Shown here piece after piece: positions 41,136 to 50,799 of a stretch of 64,000 nt of DNA; position 1 is the first letter of the stretch; each line of letters opens with the position of its first letter. This DNA is from Candidatus Latescibacterota bacterium (GTDB lineage Bacteria > Latescibacterota > UBA2968 > GCA-2709665). Below the pieces are notes generated by a model, which was not told the DNA's origin, made no database searches, and saw nothing but the letters and a program-made list of their open reading frames with translations. The position numbers and the translations under genes are program-made. Where the stretch lies: the NCBI GenBank assembly GCA_965205485.1, contig OZ242180.1, positions 960,001 to 1,024,000 of the forward strand. The letters run 5' to 3'.

Positions 41136-41423
41136 TTAAACGACATGTTTCCAGACTTCCGAAGCCCTCAAGAGGAAACCTGGAGCTACGTTCCAACGTT
41201 CGCCCGTGTCTGTGATGACGGTGACGGTTTTACGGTTGTATTTCGTCAATACGCCAGTGATCCAGTGATCCCCTTCGGGTTTAAAGGCGACCCTCTCCCC
41301 GATTCCGAACTTCAGCATCTCCCGGTGAATCCGTTGTCCGCGAAGGAACTTGATGCGTGCGACAATCCGGTTGTTTAGATCGGTGAGCTCCTGTTCGGAC
41401 ATCTTCTCCAGGTCTATTCTCAT
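41136..41423 (-). CDS. Small conserved hypothetical protein (helix + SH3-like barrel)
   Basis: GAGG RBS. Sequence FGIGERVAF...GVLTKYNRKTVTVITDTGERWNVAP. Confidence 0.65.
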   Translation of the reverse strand: MRIDLEKMSEQELTDLNNRIVARIKFLRGQRIHREMLKFGIGERVAFKPEGDHWITGVLTKYNRKTVTVITDTGERWNVAPGFLLRASEVWKHVV

Positions 41424-41570
41424 TCCGTACCCTCTCCAATATCGTCTCCTTACCGTTTAGCGACACGATCGGTGACGGATGGAAACAACCGGACGAAGAT
41501 AGATTTGCAACGCCGATACGCAACGAATCCTCCGAAACGCAAAGGCATCTTTTCCACTTACCGATGGTCG

Positions 41571-43977
41571 TCAGTGAGCCTCGATCATCGTTCCCCCGGC
41601 AACAAGCGTCTGCTTCACTTCTCCCCGCTCGTCGAATGCGACGGCGCCGACCTCGCCGTCGGTCCGGATGCCCGCGCCCGTCAGGACGCTGCCTCCGGAT
41701 GCCTGCAGGAGCACTGCTGCGCGGCCTGTAGCAAGGGGTACGGTGACCGCGTACCCGCCGTCAATCTCCTCGAACTGCGCCTCTCCGGCCGGCGCCGCCC
41801 CCGCCCGATGCGGCCTGAGAAGCGTCACGAACGTCTGGTCCCGGGCAGGCGAGGACGGAATCGCCGTCAGGTGATACTCTATCAGCTTGATGCGAGGCCG
41901 GGGCGGCGGCTTGAAACGGTCGGTCTGGCTCAGCGCCAGGCCGTCCGGCCACAGGAACGACACCCGGCAGGCCGCTGCACCGTTGACCACGCGGATGTCC
42001 CGTTGGCCATGGACCGCCATCTCAACGGGCGCGTGCAGCCGCCACTCGAATTGGGCGGGTTCGGGCGCGCGCAGGGTATCGAAGATGAGGACCGCTTCCG
42101 GTTTAAGGAACAGGATGCGGCGGGTAAACCGTTCCAGTCTGCCCGCGTACGCGCGCGACGCCTCTCCGGAAACGTAGTCGAGATGCTCTGAAGTGTGGAA
42201 ATCAAGGATTTCCCCCTGGGCATCGCTGGCGTTCGGCAGCTGCCCTTCCCCATTGACGGTGACGCAATTTACCGATTTCGTGTGATGCATCCACTGCCTG
42301 TGGTGCTCGCTGCCGTGGATGTCGCGCCGTCCGGTACGGATCAGCAACCGCTCTCCGAACGCGTAGAGCAGGAAGGAATTCTGGGCCTCGTACCCGTGGC
42401 TGTGGGATCCGAGAGGACTGCTCTTGAAGATCACCTCCACGTTGTCCAGAGCGTCCTCCAGATTGGTATTGAGCGCGGCCTGCCCCGTACCCCTGAAACA
42501 TCTGGATGTGGGCAGGTCGACGGGACGCTTCGCTTTGACCTCCGGAAGCGCGCCCCGAACGAAGCCGATATAACCCGGCTCGGAGGGGGATCCGCCGTGC
42601 GCGTCCACGTACCACTGCCAGTACGGATTTCGCGCCTGGGCGGCAAACAGAGCCATTACGCCGCGGTTCTGGCCGGACTCGAGGTGAGCCGTCAGGTCGC
42701 CGAACCCGCCGCCCTTGGTACCTGGCGGCTGCAGATACATCGGATAGTAGCCGACCTGCGAGAAATAGGGCTTGTCGAAGGCGTCGATACCCATTGCCTC
42801 GCGCATAATGTCCGCCCACCAGGTGAACCGCTGGATGTAGCTTCGCCAGTAGCCCATGCCCTGGTGCCAGCCACCGTCGTCGTCACTCCACACGGGATAC
42901 GTGTTGGCGAATACGTTCGCCGCGAACCACACCCAGTCCGCGGCCTCGGGGATCTCATCCAGAAACGCGATGCCCACCTCTCCCAGAAAATGCCACGACC
43001 GGGTATCGTGGCTCCCGTACGGACGCCAGAGGAAGCGAGGATTCAGATGCGCGTTCATCTCCTTCCCCCGGATTCGCATCACGCGGCGACAGGTTTCGCG
43101 CTCGTCCTCCGTCAGCAGATCGTGGAGATAGCTGTAGGTACGGGAGAAATAATACGCGTAGGGCATCCCGGCTTCGTCGTTATACCTGAAGCCCGTCGCC
43201 CCTTTCGGGTCCCATTCGGCGCAGGCCATCAGAATCTTCCTGGCGAGTTGCCCGTACTCCGCGCGACCGCCGAGCAGCCGGGTAAATGCCAGGGTGGCCG
43301 CGCCGTTCAGGGCCGCGATCGTATACTCCCGGTTCGGCCACCAGATCGCCCGCCACTCCTCGCTGAGCCGGACCGTCCCTTCGGGATAGAGGGGCGGCTC
43401 TTCAGTGGGCGGCGGATTCTCGAGCAGCTTCTCGGACGCGGCCACGAGTTTTCCATAATGGACCGAGAGGTCGGACTTCGCACGTCGCCGAAATTCCGGA
43501 ATCTGCTCCGGCCTCACGAATAGGCGCGGATGGCCGGTTGGAATGCGCGCGAGCAGGTCATCGCGAGAGGGCAGCGGCAACGGGTTTGCATCTGCTGCAA
43601 CGGTAAACATGCGCACGCTGCTCCAGTCGGAAGCAGCACCCGACTGATCGTTATAACGGAATCGCCAATACCAGCGGCCGGGCGACAACGTACGAGGCGG
43701 ACAGTGGACGTTGAAAGTGATGCTTGTCGCCTCGTAATCCACATCCGCGAAGGCACTGTCTGCAGCGCACTGAAGTTCGTAGCTCGCGGCGTCTTTCTGC
43801 GGCCGCCATGAAAACCCCGGAGGCGTCACCTGAGAGACGCTGCCGTCCGCCGGGCGAAAGCCCCACTCGCCGGGCCTTGCCGGGCGTCTCGTCGATCTCC
43901 GCGCGTCCGGCTGCTTCCGCCCGCGATACCGCGGAGAGCAGCAGAACCATGCCAACAATCACCAGAATTCCGGTCAT
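41571..43977 (-). pseudogene. Secreted DUF4962 + heparinase II/III domain lyase (PL15-like; ~801 aa, frameshift at ~43883)
   Basis: Signal peptide MTGILVIVGMVLLLSAVSRAEA from ATG 43977 (AAGGAG RBS) joins ORF 41571..43958 if one base is removed from the GGG at 43882-43884. Motifs PPGFSW, HPRLFVRPE, PYGSH, DGGWHQGMGYW, SHSHGYEAQNSF. Confidence 0.8.
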
Positions 43978-44238
43978 CCTGTAACTCCTTTCATACAATC
44001 CTTTAGACGCGATCGCCAGGCGCATTCGCGAATCCATTGCGAAAAATCGGCAAAGCTGTTCGCATTCAGTTAACAGTTCCGGTTACTTTCACGATGCCAT
44101 TCCGGAACACGACCAGAGCAGGGCGCGCTGATCCGTCCAGCACCGTAGATCCGTGTGGCCTCAATGGCTGGCAGGGCAGAATTCCTGGTGCGGCCCGTGA
44201 GGGTATTCGCGCCATGCATATGGCAGGCCCCGCGCCCA

Positions 44239-44290
44239 GCGGCGACTTTTGGTTCCTTTTGGTCGCTTCAAAAGGAACACGCCGTAGGCA
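44239..44290. repeat. Intergenic hairpin element (TTTTGGTTCCTTTTG...CAAAAGGAAC)
   Basis: Stem GTTCCTTTTG/CAAAAGGAAC around a 7-nt loop. Architecture resembles the element at 49325-49425. Confidence 0.45.
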
Positions 44291-44347
44291 GGGAATCTGG
44301 GGAGATGTGGATTTTGAATTTGGTTGTCGCTCTTGCCTTCCGCTCTT

Positions 44348-44375
44348 AGCTGACAGCTGACAACTGATAGCTGAT
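44348..44375. repeat. Heptamer tandem repeat (A[GA]CTGA[CT])x4
   Basis: agctgac agctgac aactgat agctgat. Related runs at 45069-45086 and 28037-28057. Confidence 0.65.
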
Positions 44376-44396
44376 CGCTTCCCTTGATTCGCGCGG

Positions 44397-44615
44397 CTAC
44401 GTAGCCCACTCCATCTGCAGCTTTCGTTTATGGACCGCGCAATCGCGAAGGTAGAGATTGATCAAGGTCTGGTACGGAATGCCCGCTTCCGCCGCCATAT
44501 CCTTGAAATAGGTGACCGTGTCCCGATCGAGCCGCATGGTAACTGGCTGCTTCAGGTGCTTGATGTAGGGATTCTTGCGCCCCTTCATCTCTGAGAAATC
44601 ATAGTGGTCTCTCAT
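44397..44615 (-). CDS. brnA: BrnA family antitoxin
   Basis: MRDHYDFS...KQPVTMRLDRDTVTYFK...GIPYQTLINLYLRD. Overlaps the toxin stop. Confidence 0.9.
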   Translation of the reverse strand: MRDHYDFSEMKGRKNPYIKHLKQPVTMRLDRDTVTYFKDMAAEAGIPYQTLINLYLRDCAVHKRKLQMEWAT

Positions 44616-44905
44616 GAGCGTCTCCTCCAGTAGTCAAGTTCTTCGGTCTTATTGGCCTTTCTAGCGGAGATGATGCGTACGATCGTTTCACTCTCTCGAA
44701 GACAATGGCAGACAACAAGCACACGCAGTTTAAAGCTCATACCCAGGAGCAGGAACCGGTCTTCATCTTCTGAATAGTCGGGATCGAAGAATTGAACCGC
44801 GTTTTCATCGTAGAAGGCCGTCCTCGCCTCTTGGAACGAGACCCGATGTTTCCTGTAGTTCGCTCGTCCCTTTCGCACATCCCATTCAAACCGGATTCTC
44901 TCCAT
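44612..44905 (-). CDS. brnT: BrnT family ribonuclease toxin
   Basis: FEWDVRKGRANYRKHRVSFQEA...EDRFLLLG...VRIISARKA. Confidence 0.92.
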   Translation of the reverse strand: MERIRFEWDVRKGRANYRKHRVSFQEARTAFYDENAVQFFDPDYSEDEDRFLLLGMSFKLRVLVVCHCLRESETIVRIISARKANKTEELDYWRRRS

Positions 44906-44940
44906 ACATACAATGTATGTATTCAGCAACTGTGTGTCAA
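44904..44940 (-). promoter_or_regulatory. brnTA promoter (probably leaderless) with overlapping inverted-repeat operator
   Basis: TTGACA(44940-44935)-N17-TACATT(44917-44912), then ATG at 44905. Inverted repeat ATACATACA-A-TGTATGTAT at 44904-44922. Confidence 0.7.
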
Positions 44941-44977
44941 GTGAATGACGCGGAATCAAACGCGCCAAAGATGCAGA

Positions 44978-45003
44978 TGCAGGGGCGACCCTTGTGGTCG
45001 CCC
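44978..45003. repeat. REP family B copy
   Basis: tgcaggggcgacccttgtggtcgccc, stem GGGCGACC/GGTCGCCC. Confidence 0.75.
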
Positions 45004-45094
45004 ACGTAATGGCGCTGACACCGATGACAGATTTCGCGTGTCCGTACCGCTAACCGGTTCTGGCCGAATGCTGACGGCTGACAGCTTCTTTTCT

Positions 45095-46147
45095 TCAATC
45101 GAAATACTTCGGGTTCGTAACCGTCAAAGAGCAATCCTGCAGCGGCAATGTGACTTTCGCCCCGCCCTCGCGGTGGGATAAATGGAATGCCAGCGCGATC
45201 TCCAGTGCCCTGCGACCGTCCTCGCCAGTGCAGGAAGGCGTCTTTCCGTCTTCGATGCAGGTTACCAGTTCCTCGATCGCCTTTACCACCCCGCTCCGGG
45301 CTTCGATATTCTGGGGAATCTTCCTCCCGATCAGGGCGCGTCCCTCATAGACGTCTTCCGCCACGGTCCAGAATTCGTCAACGTGGTACCCGATCCGGAT
45401 CCTCCCGTTCCTGCCCACCAGGTCGAATTCGAATCCCACCGGACATCCTTCGACCGCGTTTACGAAGGCGTGCATTCCGTTTTGAAACTGGATGTACCCG
45501 CTGCCTCCCGGGTCTTCGTGCGGTTCCCGCCGGCCGTCCAGCCGGCCGAATACCCACGCCGCGTCGTCGCCCGACCAGAACCGCATCAGGTCGAACATGT
45601 GGGTCGCTTCGTGCACCAGTTCGGGACCCATATTGCCCGCGATGCTGATCAAGTCCCCGATCGTACGCTCGTCAACGAGTTCCTTGACGCGAACCATCAG
45701 GGGGTCCCACCTGTTGTGGTAGTGGACTGCCAGAGTGGTACCCGCTTTTCCGCATGCGTCAATCATCCGGTCCGCATCGGTCAGGTTCGTCGCCATTGCT
45801 TTCTCGCACAGGACCGCCTTCACGCCCGCTTCGGCGGCCGCCACTGTCATCTCGGCGTGCAGGTGGGCGTGGGTCGCCACGCTGACGATATCCAGAGCTT
45901 CCGCCGCCAGCATCTCCCGATAATCGGTATAGAGGCTACGTACGCCCCAACGGCCGGAAAATTCCGCCAGTTTCTCCTCGTTTATATCTGCAGCGGCCAC
46001 CACCTGTGTTCTTGCCACCTGGCCGTAGGCGCCCGCCAGAACACCGGGCTGCGGGACGCGACCCGGTTGGCGGCGCTTCTCGTCGTCCATCGTACTGGCC
46101 ATGCGGCCGCAGCCGATGATTCCAACGCGGTAGGTCGTATCCCTCAC
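45095..46147 (-). CDS. Gfo/Idh/MocA family oxidoreductase
   Basis: RVGIIGCGRMA, LCEKAMA, HEATHMFDL. GTG start overlaps the upstream TGA. Confidence 0.9.
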   Translation of the reverse strand: MRDTTYRVGIIGCGRMASTMDDEKRRQPGRVPQPGVLAGAYGQVARTQVVAAADINEEKLAEFSGRWGVRSLYTDYREMLAAEALDIVSVATHAHLHAEMTVAAAEAGVKAVLCEKAMATNLTDADRMIDACGKAGTTLAVHYHNRWDPLMVRVKELVDERTIGDLISIAGNMGPELVHEATHMFDLMRFWSGDDAAWVFGRLDGRREPHEDPGGSGYIQFQNGMHAFVNAVEGCPVGFEFDLVGRNGRIRIGYHVDEFWTVAEDVYEGRALIGRKIPQNIEARSGVVKAIEELVTCIEDGKTPSCTGEDGRRALEIALAFHLSHREGGAKVTLPLQDCSLTVTNPKYFD

Positions 46148-47139
46148 GGCTTCTCCAGCTCCGGATTCTGGATGACCCGGCACTCCAGGTCGGTCGCCAT
46201 CGCCGCCGCCGGCGTATGGTGATGATCCATCGGCGGGGTCGTCAAGTAGTGTACGTAAAAGACACCGGGCTCCACGGGGGATGGAAATACCGTCCGGAAG
46301 CGCCCGTTGGCTTCGACTTCGTAGCGCACGGAGCCTTTACCGGACCACGCGCCAACCGCCGCAACGTCCACGGTTGCCGCACTGTCCGTGACCACGGCCC
46401 AACTCGTGCCCTCGCCGTCTGCGCGTTGCCGTGCGCCGAACGCGGAGAGGAGCGGCCCATCCGGCAGGCTGAAGGTGTTTTCAACGACAACTGTCGCAAT
46501 TTGCGACATATCTCCGGATACCACCCGGTGTTCAGCGCGAAACCAGGAAACGCCCGAAAAAAATGTCAGATATGCGACAAATTCGTATCCGCCGCCGTAG
46601 GTCCCGTCCACACGCAGACGTGCCGACCGGGGACCCCGTGTTTCAACATCGATCCGGACCTCCCCCGACGGAAACAGGATCCTGCCGTCCTTGCGGAGGA
46701 GCGCCGGCCCGGGCGCTCCCGGCCCGTGAAACGCCCTGCCGTCGAAAATCACGTTCTCTACGAAGTTGAAACGCCACTTTCGGACGTGGTAAATCACCGG
46801 CCCCTGCTGCACTTCGATGGGGTCTTTGCGATCGCGAACCTTTATGGGGTTCGGCTGGGGCGGGGGAGGCGGCGTCCCCTCTCCGTATTCGAAAGTGAGG
46901 ACTTCCTCACCTCCGGCGCGGAGGCGCGCCGGAAACAAGACCTCCGCGGCTTTCACGCTGCCGTCTTCCCAGGTCTCCAGCGCGTCCACCTGCATGGGTC
47001 GCGGTTCCCCGCCGGCGTCCACGATGCGTGCCGGGCATTCCTCGGTGAATTCACCGGGCTTGAAGTCCACCGCTACCGCGCACGGGAAATTCCTTCTATT
47101 GAACCCGTCCCTTTCGGAAATGCGGATCCGTTTGCGCAT
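46144..47139 (-). CDS. Hypothetical beta-rich protein resembling the N-terminal/central domains of YetA/exo-rhamnogalacturonan lyase-like proteins
   Basis: IRISERDGFNRRNFPCAVAVDF..G...PMQVDALETWEDGSVK, VETRGPRSARLRVDG. GGAGG RBS. Confidence 0.55.
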   Translation of the reverse strand: MRKRIRISERDGFNRRNFPCAVAVDFKPGEFTEECPARIVDAGGEPRPMQVDALETWEDGSVKAAEVLFPARLRAGGEEVLTFEYGEGTPPPPPQPNPIKVRDRKDPIEVQQGPVIYHVRKWRFNFVENVIFDGRAFHGPGAPGPALLRKDGRILFPSGEVRIDVETRGPRSARLRVDGTYGGGYEFVAYLTFFSGVSWFRAEHRVVSGDMSQIATVVVENTFSLPDGPLLSAFGARQRADGEGTSWAVVTDSAATVDVAAVGAWSGKGSVRYEVEANGRFRTVFPSPVEPGVFYVHYLTTPPMDHHHTPAAAMATDLECRVIQNPELEKP

Positions 47140-47226
47140 TCCGATGCCTCCCAAATTCGACACGATCTTCCGTGTCCAGTCCCGGAAACGTGTCACCATC
47201 CGGCGATCAGCTGCCGTGAAAGAACA

Positions 47227-47997
47227 CTATTGCAGGCCGAGTTCCACCCACTTCGAGGCCATGCGGCGGATACGCGGCCTTTCGCTGTTCAGAAAATCGT
47301 CGGTGAAAGCCCGGCCCGGCTGGCTGTACTGAAACCGCTCCATGAGATTGATCAGGGTGCGGTGGTTCGTTTTCATCAACTCGACGTGCTCAGGCTCCGT
47401 GGCCTCAGGAACGAAATTCACCGCAAGGTGGCGTCGTCCCACCGCGCCGCCGTAGGCCGCGTGCCAGATGTTCATGTTCAGGAACAGAACGTCACCTGGA
47501 TTGGACTCCAGAAAGTAGCACGGCACCTCCGCGCCGGGTACACCCAGTTTCTCAATGGGCCTCAGCGACTCGTGAAGCGGGAGACGGTGCGATCCGGGGA
47601 TCACCCTCAGGCAGCCGGTGCTTTGCGTAAGGGTATCCAGATAGAGCGAGACCTTCATCGGTGGAAAGTTCAGCCGGCTGCCGTCGGGGTGCCATTCCGT
47701 TTCGCCCACGTACAGATTGCCCTCGGAGCAGAGCCAGTGAAACCCCGGCCCCAGCAGGCGTTCCACCGTTGAGTAGATGCGGTCGTCCTCGACCAGTTCC
47801 GTCAGAAGCGGGTTTCGTTCCGCGATTCCGTAGAGCGCTTGCCTCGTCTCGCCCGGAAAGGGTTGACCTTCCCGGTCCTTCTCCAGCATGTTGTCGAAAG
47901 TACGAATGATCGGGGCCATTTCCTCCGGGCCGAACGCCTTGCGTAGCGGAAGAAAGCCGAATGTCCTGAAGAATTCGACCTGTTGATCGCTAATCAT
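47227..47997 (-). CDS. PhyH family Fe(II)/2OG dioxygenase
   Basis: FFRTFGFL, WHPD, GCLRVIPGSH, IWHAA, RR. Confidence 0.88.
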   Translation of the reverse strand: MISDQQVEFFRTFGFLPLRKAFGPEEMAPIIRTFDNMLEKDREGQPFPGETRQALYGIAERNPLLTELVEDDRIYSTVERLLGPGFHWLCSEGNLYVGETEWHPDGSRLNFPPMKVSLYLDTLTQSTGCLRVIPGSHRLPLHESLRPIEKLGVPGAEVPCYFLESNPGDVLFLNMNIWHAAYGGAVGRRHLAVNFVPEATEPEHVELMKTNHRTLINLMERFQYSQPGRAFTDDFLNSERPRIRRMASKWVELGLQ

Positions 47998-48073
47998 ACC
48001 CGCCCCTTTCGCTGTGTCGAACGCCTGTTGGATGGGCCTGTTGAAATGCGCCGTTGCCGCTGGAGATACGTCC

Positions 48074-49267
48074 TTATTCCGTCACGATGTTCCAGTTTAC
48101 GAGACCCACATCTCTCGGGCCATACAGTCCGGGTCCGAAAGCATCGTCACGCTGGCGATAGCCCGTCCCGTACGCAGTCAGAATCGAGCCGTCAGGCAGC
48201 ACGATAGAAGACGTCGTGTGGGGGCTGGCGTGCCAGCCACCGGAGCGCAGTTTGCCCTCGGGCGAGGGGGACCCCTTCCTGTTTCCTGTCCATTCGGCAA
48301 GAATGTAGCGGCGGTCTAGGTCCGATGTCCGCCCGTTGTCGCGGCTCACGACCGCCTCGATGCCGAACCGGGGAAAACCCTCGGCGGTGTCGGAATAACC
48401 AAGGCGAACGACGTATGTAGTTACAATGTAGCCACACGGCAGAAGCACCGTACTGGCGTGGTGGCGTCCCCAGTCGTAGAGTTGCCGGACCTCACTCCAC
48501 GAATAACCGTCATCTCGTGAGATGGATATCCCGAAACCTTCGTAGTGATCGAACTGCAGCCCCTTGTAGGCGTCTGGAGGATCGGTCCTGCATGTCGCGA
48601 CGATATCGCCGTTCACCGCCCGAACCGGGCAGACCTCGTTGACGCCTTCGAACTGAGGTACGTGGCGGGCGCCGGACCAGGTGCGGCCACCATCCGTACT
48701 GAACCTGACGTAGGCCTGCGAGTCCATGGTTACAGAATCGCCCCAATAGCCGGTTTCCATCAGACGAGTCACCCTGCCAGTGTCGGGATCTCTGTCCACC
48801 AGAACCGGGTCCCAGGCCATCCACGTCCTGCCGCCCGGCGCCGGCTCCACGGGCACCGTGTCGCCCCACGTCTCACCAAAATCGGCGCTGAACCACCTCG
48901 CCGGCGGATGGCAGGAGTACATCATCAATCTGCCCTCTCCGAGGTAGGTCAGCCCGTGGCCGAGCCCGCAGGCGGGATTACCTTCCGCGTCGGTGTGGAC
49001 GTACCTGGGCGCGCTCCACGTGGCGCCCAGGTCGCCGCTGGACAGCACCATGGCGTAGTGTACCCATGGACTGCCCGGATAATCGCAGCTCGCCAACATC
49101 AGCACGCGGTCTTCTTCCGGCATATGCACGATATGGGGCACGGCAACCACACGGTTCCAGCTCTCGGTCACGATCTGCGAGCGGGCCGGCAACTCGATTC
49201 GTTCCGCACCCGGATTCAATCGGTAGACTATGTGATCCTGCCATTGGCTACGTGGTACGGATGGCAC
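48074..49267 (-). CDS. Sialidase/BNR (Asp-box) exo-alpha-glycosidase-like beta-propeller
   Basis: Five Asp boxes: SGDLGATW, SADFGETW, STDGGRTW, SRDDGYSW, SRDNGRTS. Start taken at GTG 49267 (AGGA RBS); uncertain. Confidence 0.8.
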   Translation of the reverse strand: MPSVPRSQWQDHIVYRLNPGAERIELPARSQIVTESWNRVVAVPHIVHMPEEDRVLMLASCDYPGSPWVHYAMVLSSGDLGATWSAPRYVHTDAEGNPACGLGHGLTYLGEGRLMMYSCHPPARWFSADFGETWGDTVPVEPAPGGRTWMAWDPVLVDRDPDTGRVTRLMETGYWGDSVTMDSQAYVRFSTDGGRTWSGARHVPQFEGVNEVCPVRAVNGDIVATCRTDPPDAYKGLQFDHYEGFGISISRDDGYSWSEVRQLYDWGRHHASTVLLPCGYIVTTYVVRLGYSDTAEGFPRFGIEAVVSRDNGRTSDLDRRYILAEWTGNRKGSPSPEGKLRSGGWHASPHTTSSIVLPDGSILTAYGTGYRQRDDAFGPGLYGPRDVGLVNWNIVTE

Positions 49268-49324
49268 GTATATATCCTGTATTGAGGAAATTGATCCACC
49301 ACAACCTAACTTCCTTTTTTTCAA

Positions 49325-49425
49325 GCCCTTTTTCTTGCATTGCCCAAGAAAAAGGGCGAAAAAGAAGGGCACCGCTCGGCGCGGGGCCGGTTTTTGCCCA
49401 AGAAAAAGGGCGAAAAAGAAGGGCA
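49325..49425. repeat. Hairpin element with 32-bp direct duplication
   Basis: TTGCCCAAGAAAAAGGGCGAAAAAGAAGGGCA at 49340-49371 and 49394-49425. 13-bp stem between 49325-49337 and 49345-49357. Confidence 0.8.
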
Positions 49426-49667
49426 GGTTTTTCCGTGAATCACCTCAGGGGCACAAATGGAAATCCGGTGGCCTACGAGTCCCTCAGGTGTACCAATACA
49501 ACGGTGCTGGTCGGATTAACACGGAAAAACCCCCCACGCCACCACCGGACGGCAAGGTGTTTGACAGGTCAGGATTGCCGCGTGGATTGGCGGTTCGGCC
49601 GCTGGGCGTTAGATCTCGTGACCCCTTGGAGCAAGAGCCTTGCCCTCGTTGTGCCGCCGTTTGCTAT

Positions 49668-49693
49668 TGTAGGGGCACCCCTTGTGGTTGCCC
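49668..49693. repeat. REP family B copy
   Basis: tgtaggggcaccccttgtggttgccc. Confidence 0.75.
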
Positions 49694-49734
49694 GCCTGTT
49701 GGCATTGATGTTGCCAATCGCAAACGCCTGTCCG

Positions 49735-50727
49735 CTAAACCTCGATCCAGCTTTCCGTATTGGACGATGCGACGACCGCGTCCAGGATCCGGAGCACGCG
49801 AAGACCGTCCGAGACCGGGATGGGAGCACGTGCTCCTGAGTTTGCGGCCTCGGCGAACGCGGCCAGTTCCCGGTAGCACATCTCTTCGAGATTGTCGCCG
49901 GGAATGCGCAGGACCGTGGGATGCGCGTATTCAGGGATCACCCGGCTCTCCACGGTCACGACGTCGCCCTTCCAGTCGCCGCGTACCCGCCCGCGGGTTC
50001 CGTACACGTCGACGAAGTCGTACCCGACGCCGGATGCCTGGGAGACGGAAAACGTCGCAACGGCGCCGCCCTTTAGCCGTACGGTATAGGCAGACGTCTC
50101 GTCCGTCCCTCCTGCGTTCCATCTCACGATTCCCGAAACCGACTCGGCCTCGTCGCCCGTCATCCAGAGTACCTGGTCGGTCAGGTGGGAGCCCAGAAAG
50201 AGGAGCTGACCGCCGCCTTCCGCGTATGGCCCACCGAGCCACCCTCCCAATGGACCGCCGCCCTTGCCGGCCGCCACGAAGCTGACGTCTCCCACCACCC
50301 CGCGATCCAGCAGGGACTTGATAAACATCCGGCTGAGAGAATAGCGCATGCAATAGCCGACCATAGCCACCACGCCACGGCTATCCGCGGCATCCACTAC
50401 CGCGGCGCCCTCCGCTTCATTTAGACCCATGGGCTTCTCGATAAACACGTGCTTCCCGGCGCCGATGGCCGACAGGGCCACGTCCTTGAGGTACCGGTGC
50501 GGGACCGCCACGACAACCGCGTCCACGTCCGTGCTTTCCGTGACTTCCGCCACAGAATCGTGAACCGCTTCGATCCCGAAGGCGTCGGCCACCTGTCGGG
50601 CCCTGACCTCGTCCACGTCCGCACACGAAACCAGCCGGGCGGAATCGATCCGGGAGAAAGCCGGTGCGAGATTGAGGCGGCTCTGTCCACCGCAGCCGAC
50701 CAGCCCGACACGCAGCATTTTCGGCAT
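49735..50727 (-). CDS. Gfo/Idh/MocA family oxidoreductase
   Basis: RVGLVGCGG, AGKHVFIEKPM, GGGQLLFLGSHLTD. Confidence 0.92.
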   Translation of the reverse strand: MPKMLRVGLVGCGGQSRLNLAPAFSRIDSARLVSCADVDEVRARQVADAFGIEAVHDSVAEVTESTDVDAVVVAVPHRYLKDVALSAIGAGKHVFIEKPMGLNEAEGAAVVDAADSRGVVAMVGYCMRYSLSRMFIKSLLDRGVVGDVSFVAAGKGGGPLGGWLGGPYAEGGGQLLFLGSHLTDQVLWMTGDEAESVSGIVRWNAGGTDETSAYTVRLKGGAVATFSVSQASGVGYDFVDVYGTRGRVRGDWKGDVVTVESRVIPEYAHPTVLRIPGDNLEEMCYRELAAFAEAANSGARAPIPVSDGLRVLRILDAVVASSNTESWIEV

Positions 50728-50799
50728 AGGGATCTCCTGAAAAAGGCGTTATTCGAGGTTTCTGGTTTATTCAGCCGACGCGAAACACCGTAAAGTCCA

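Noticed and set aside
49340..49425. Possible mini-CRISPR
   Set aside because: Only two units, a short 22-bp spacer, low-complexity purine repeat and no cas genes.
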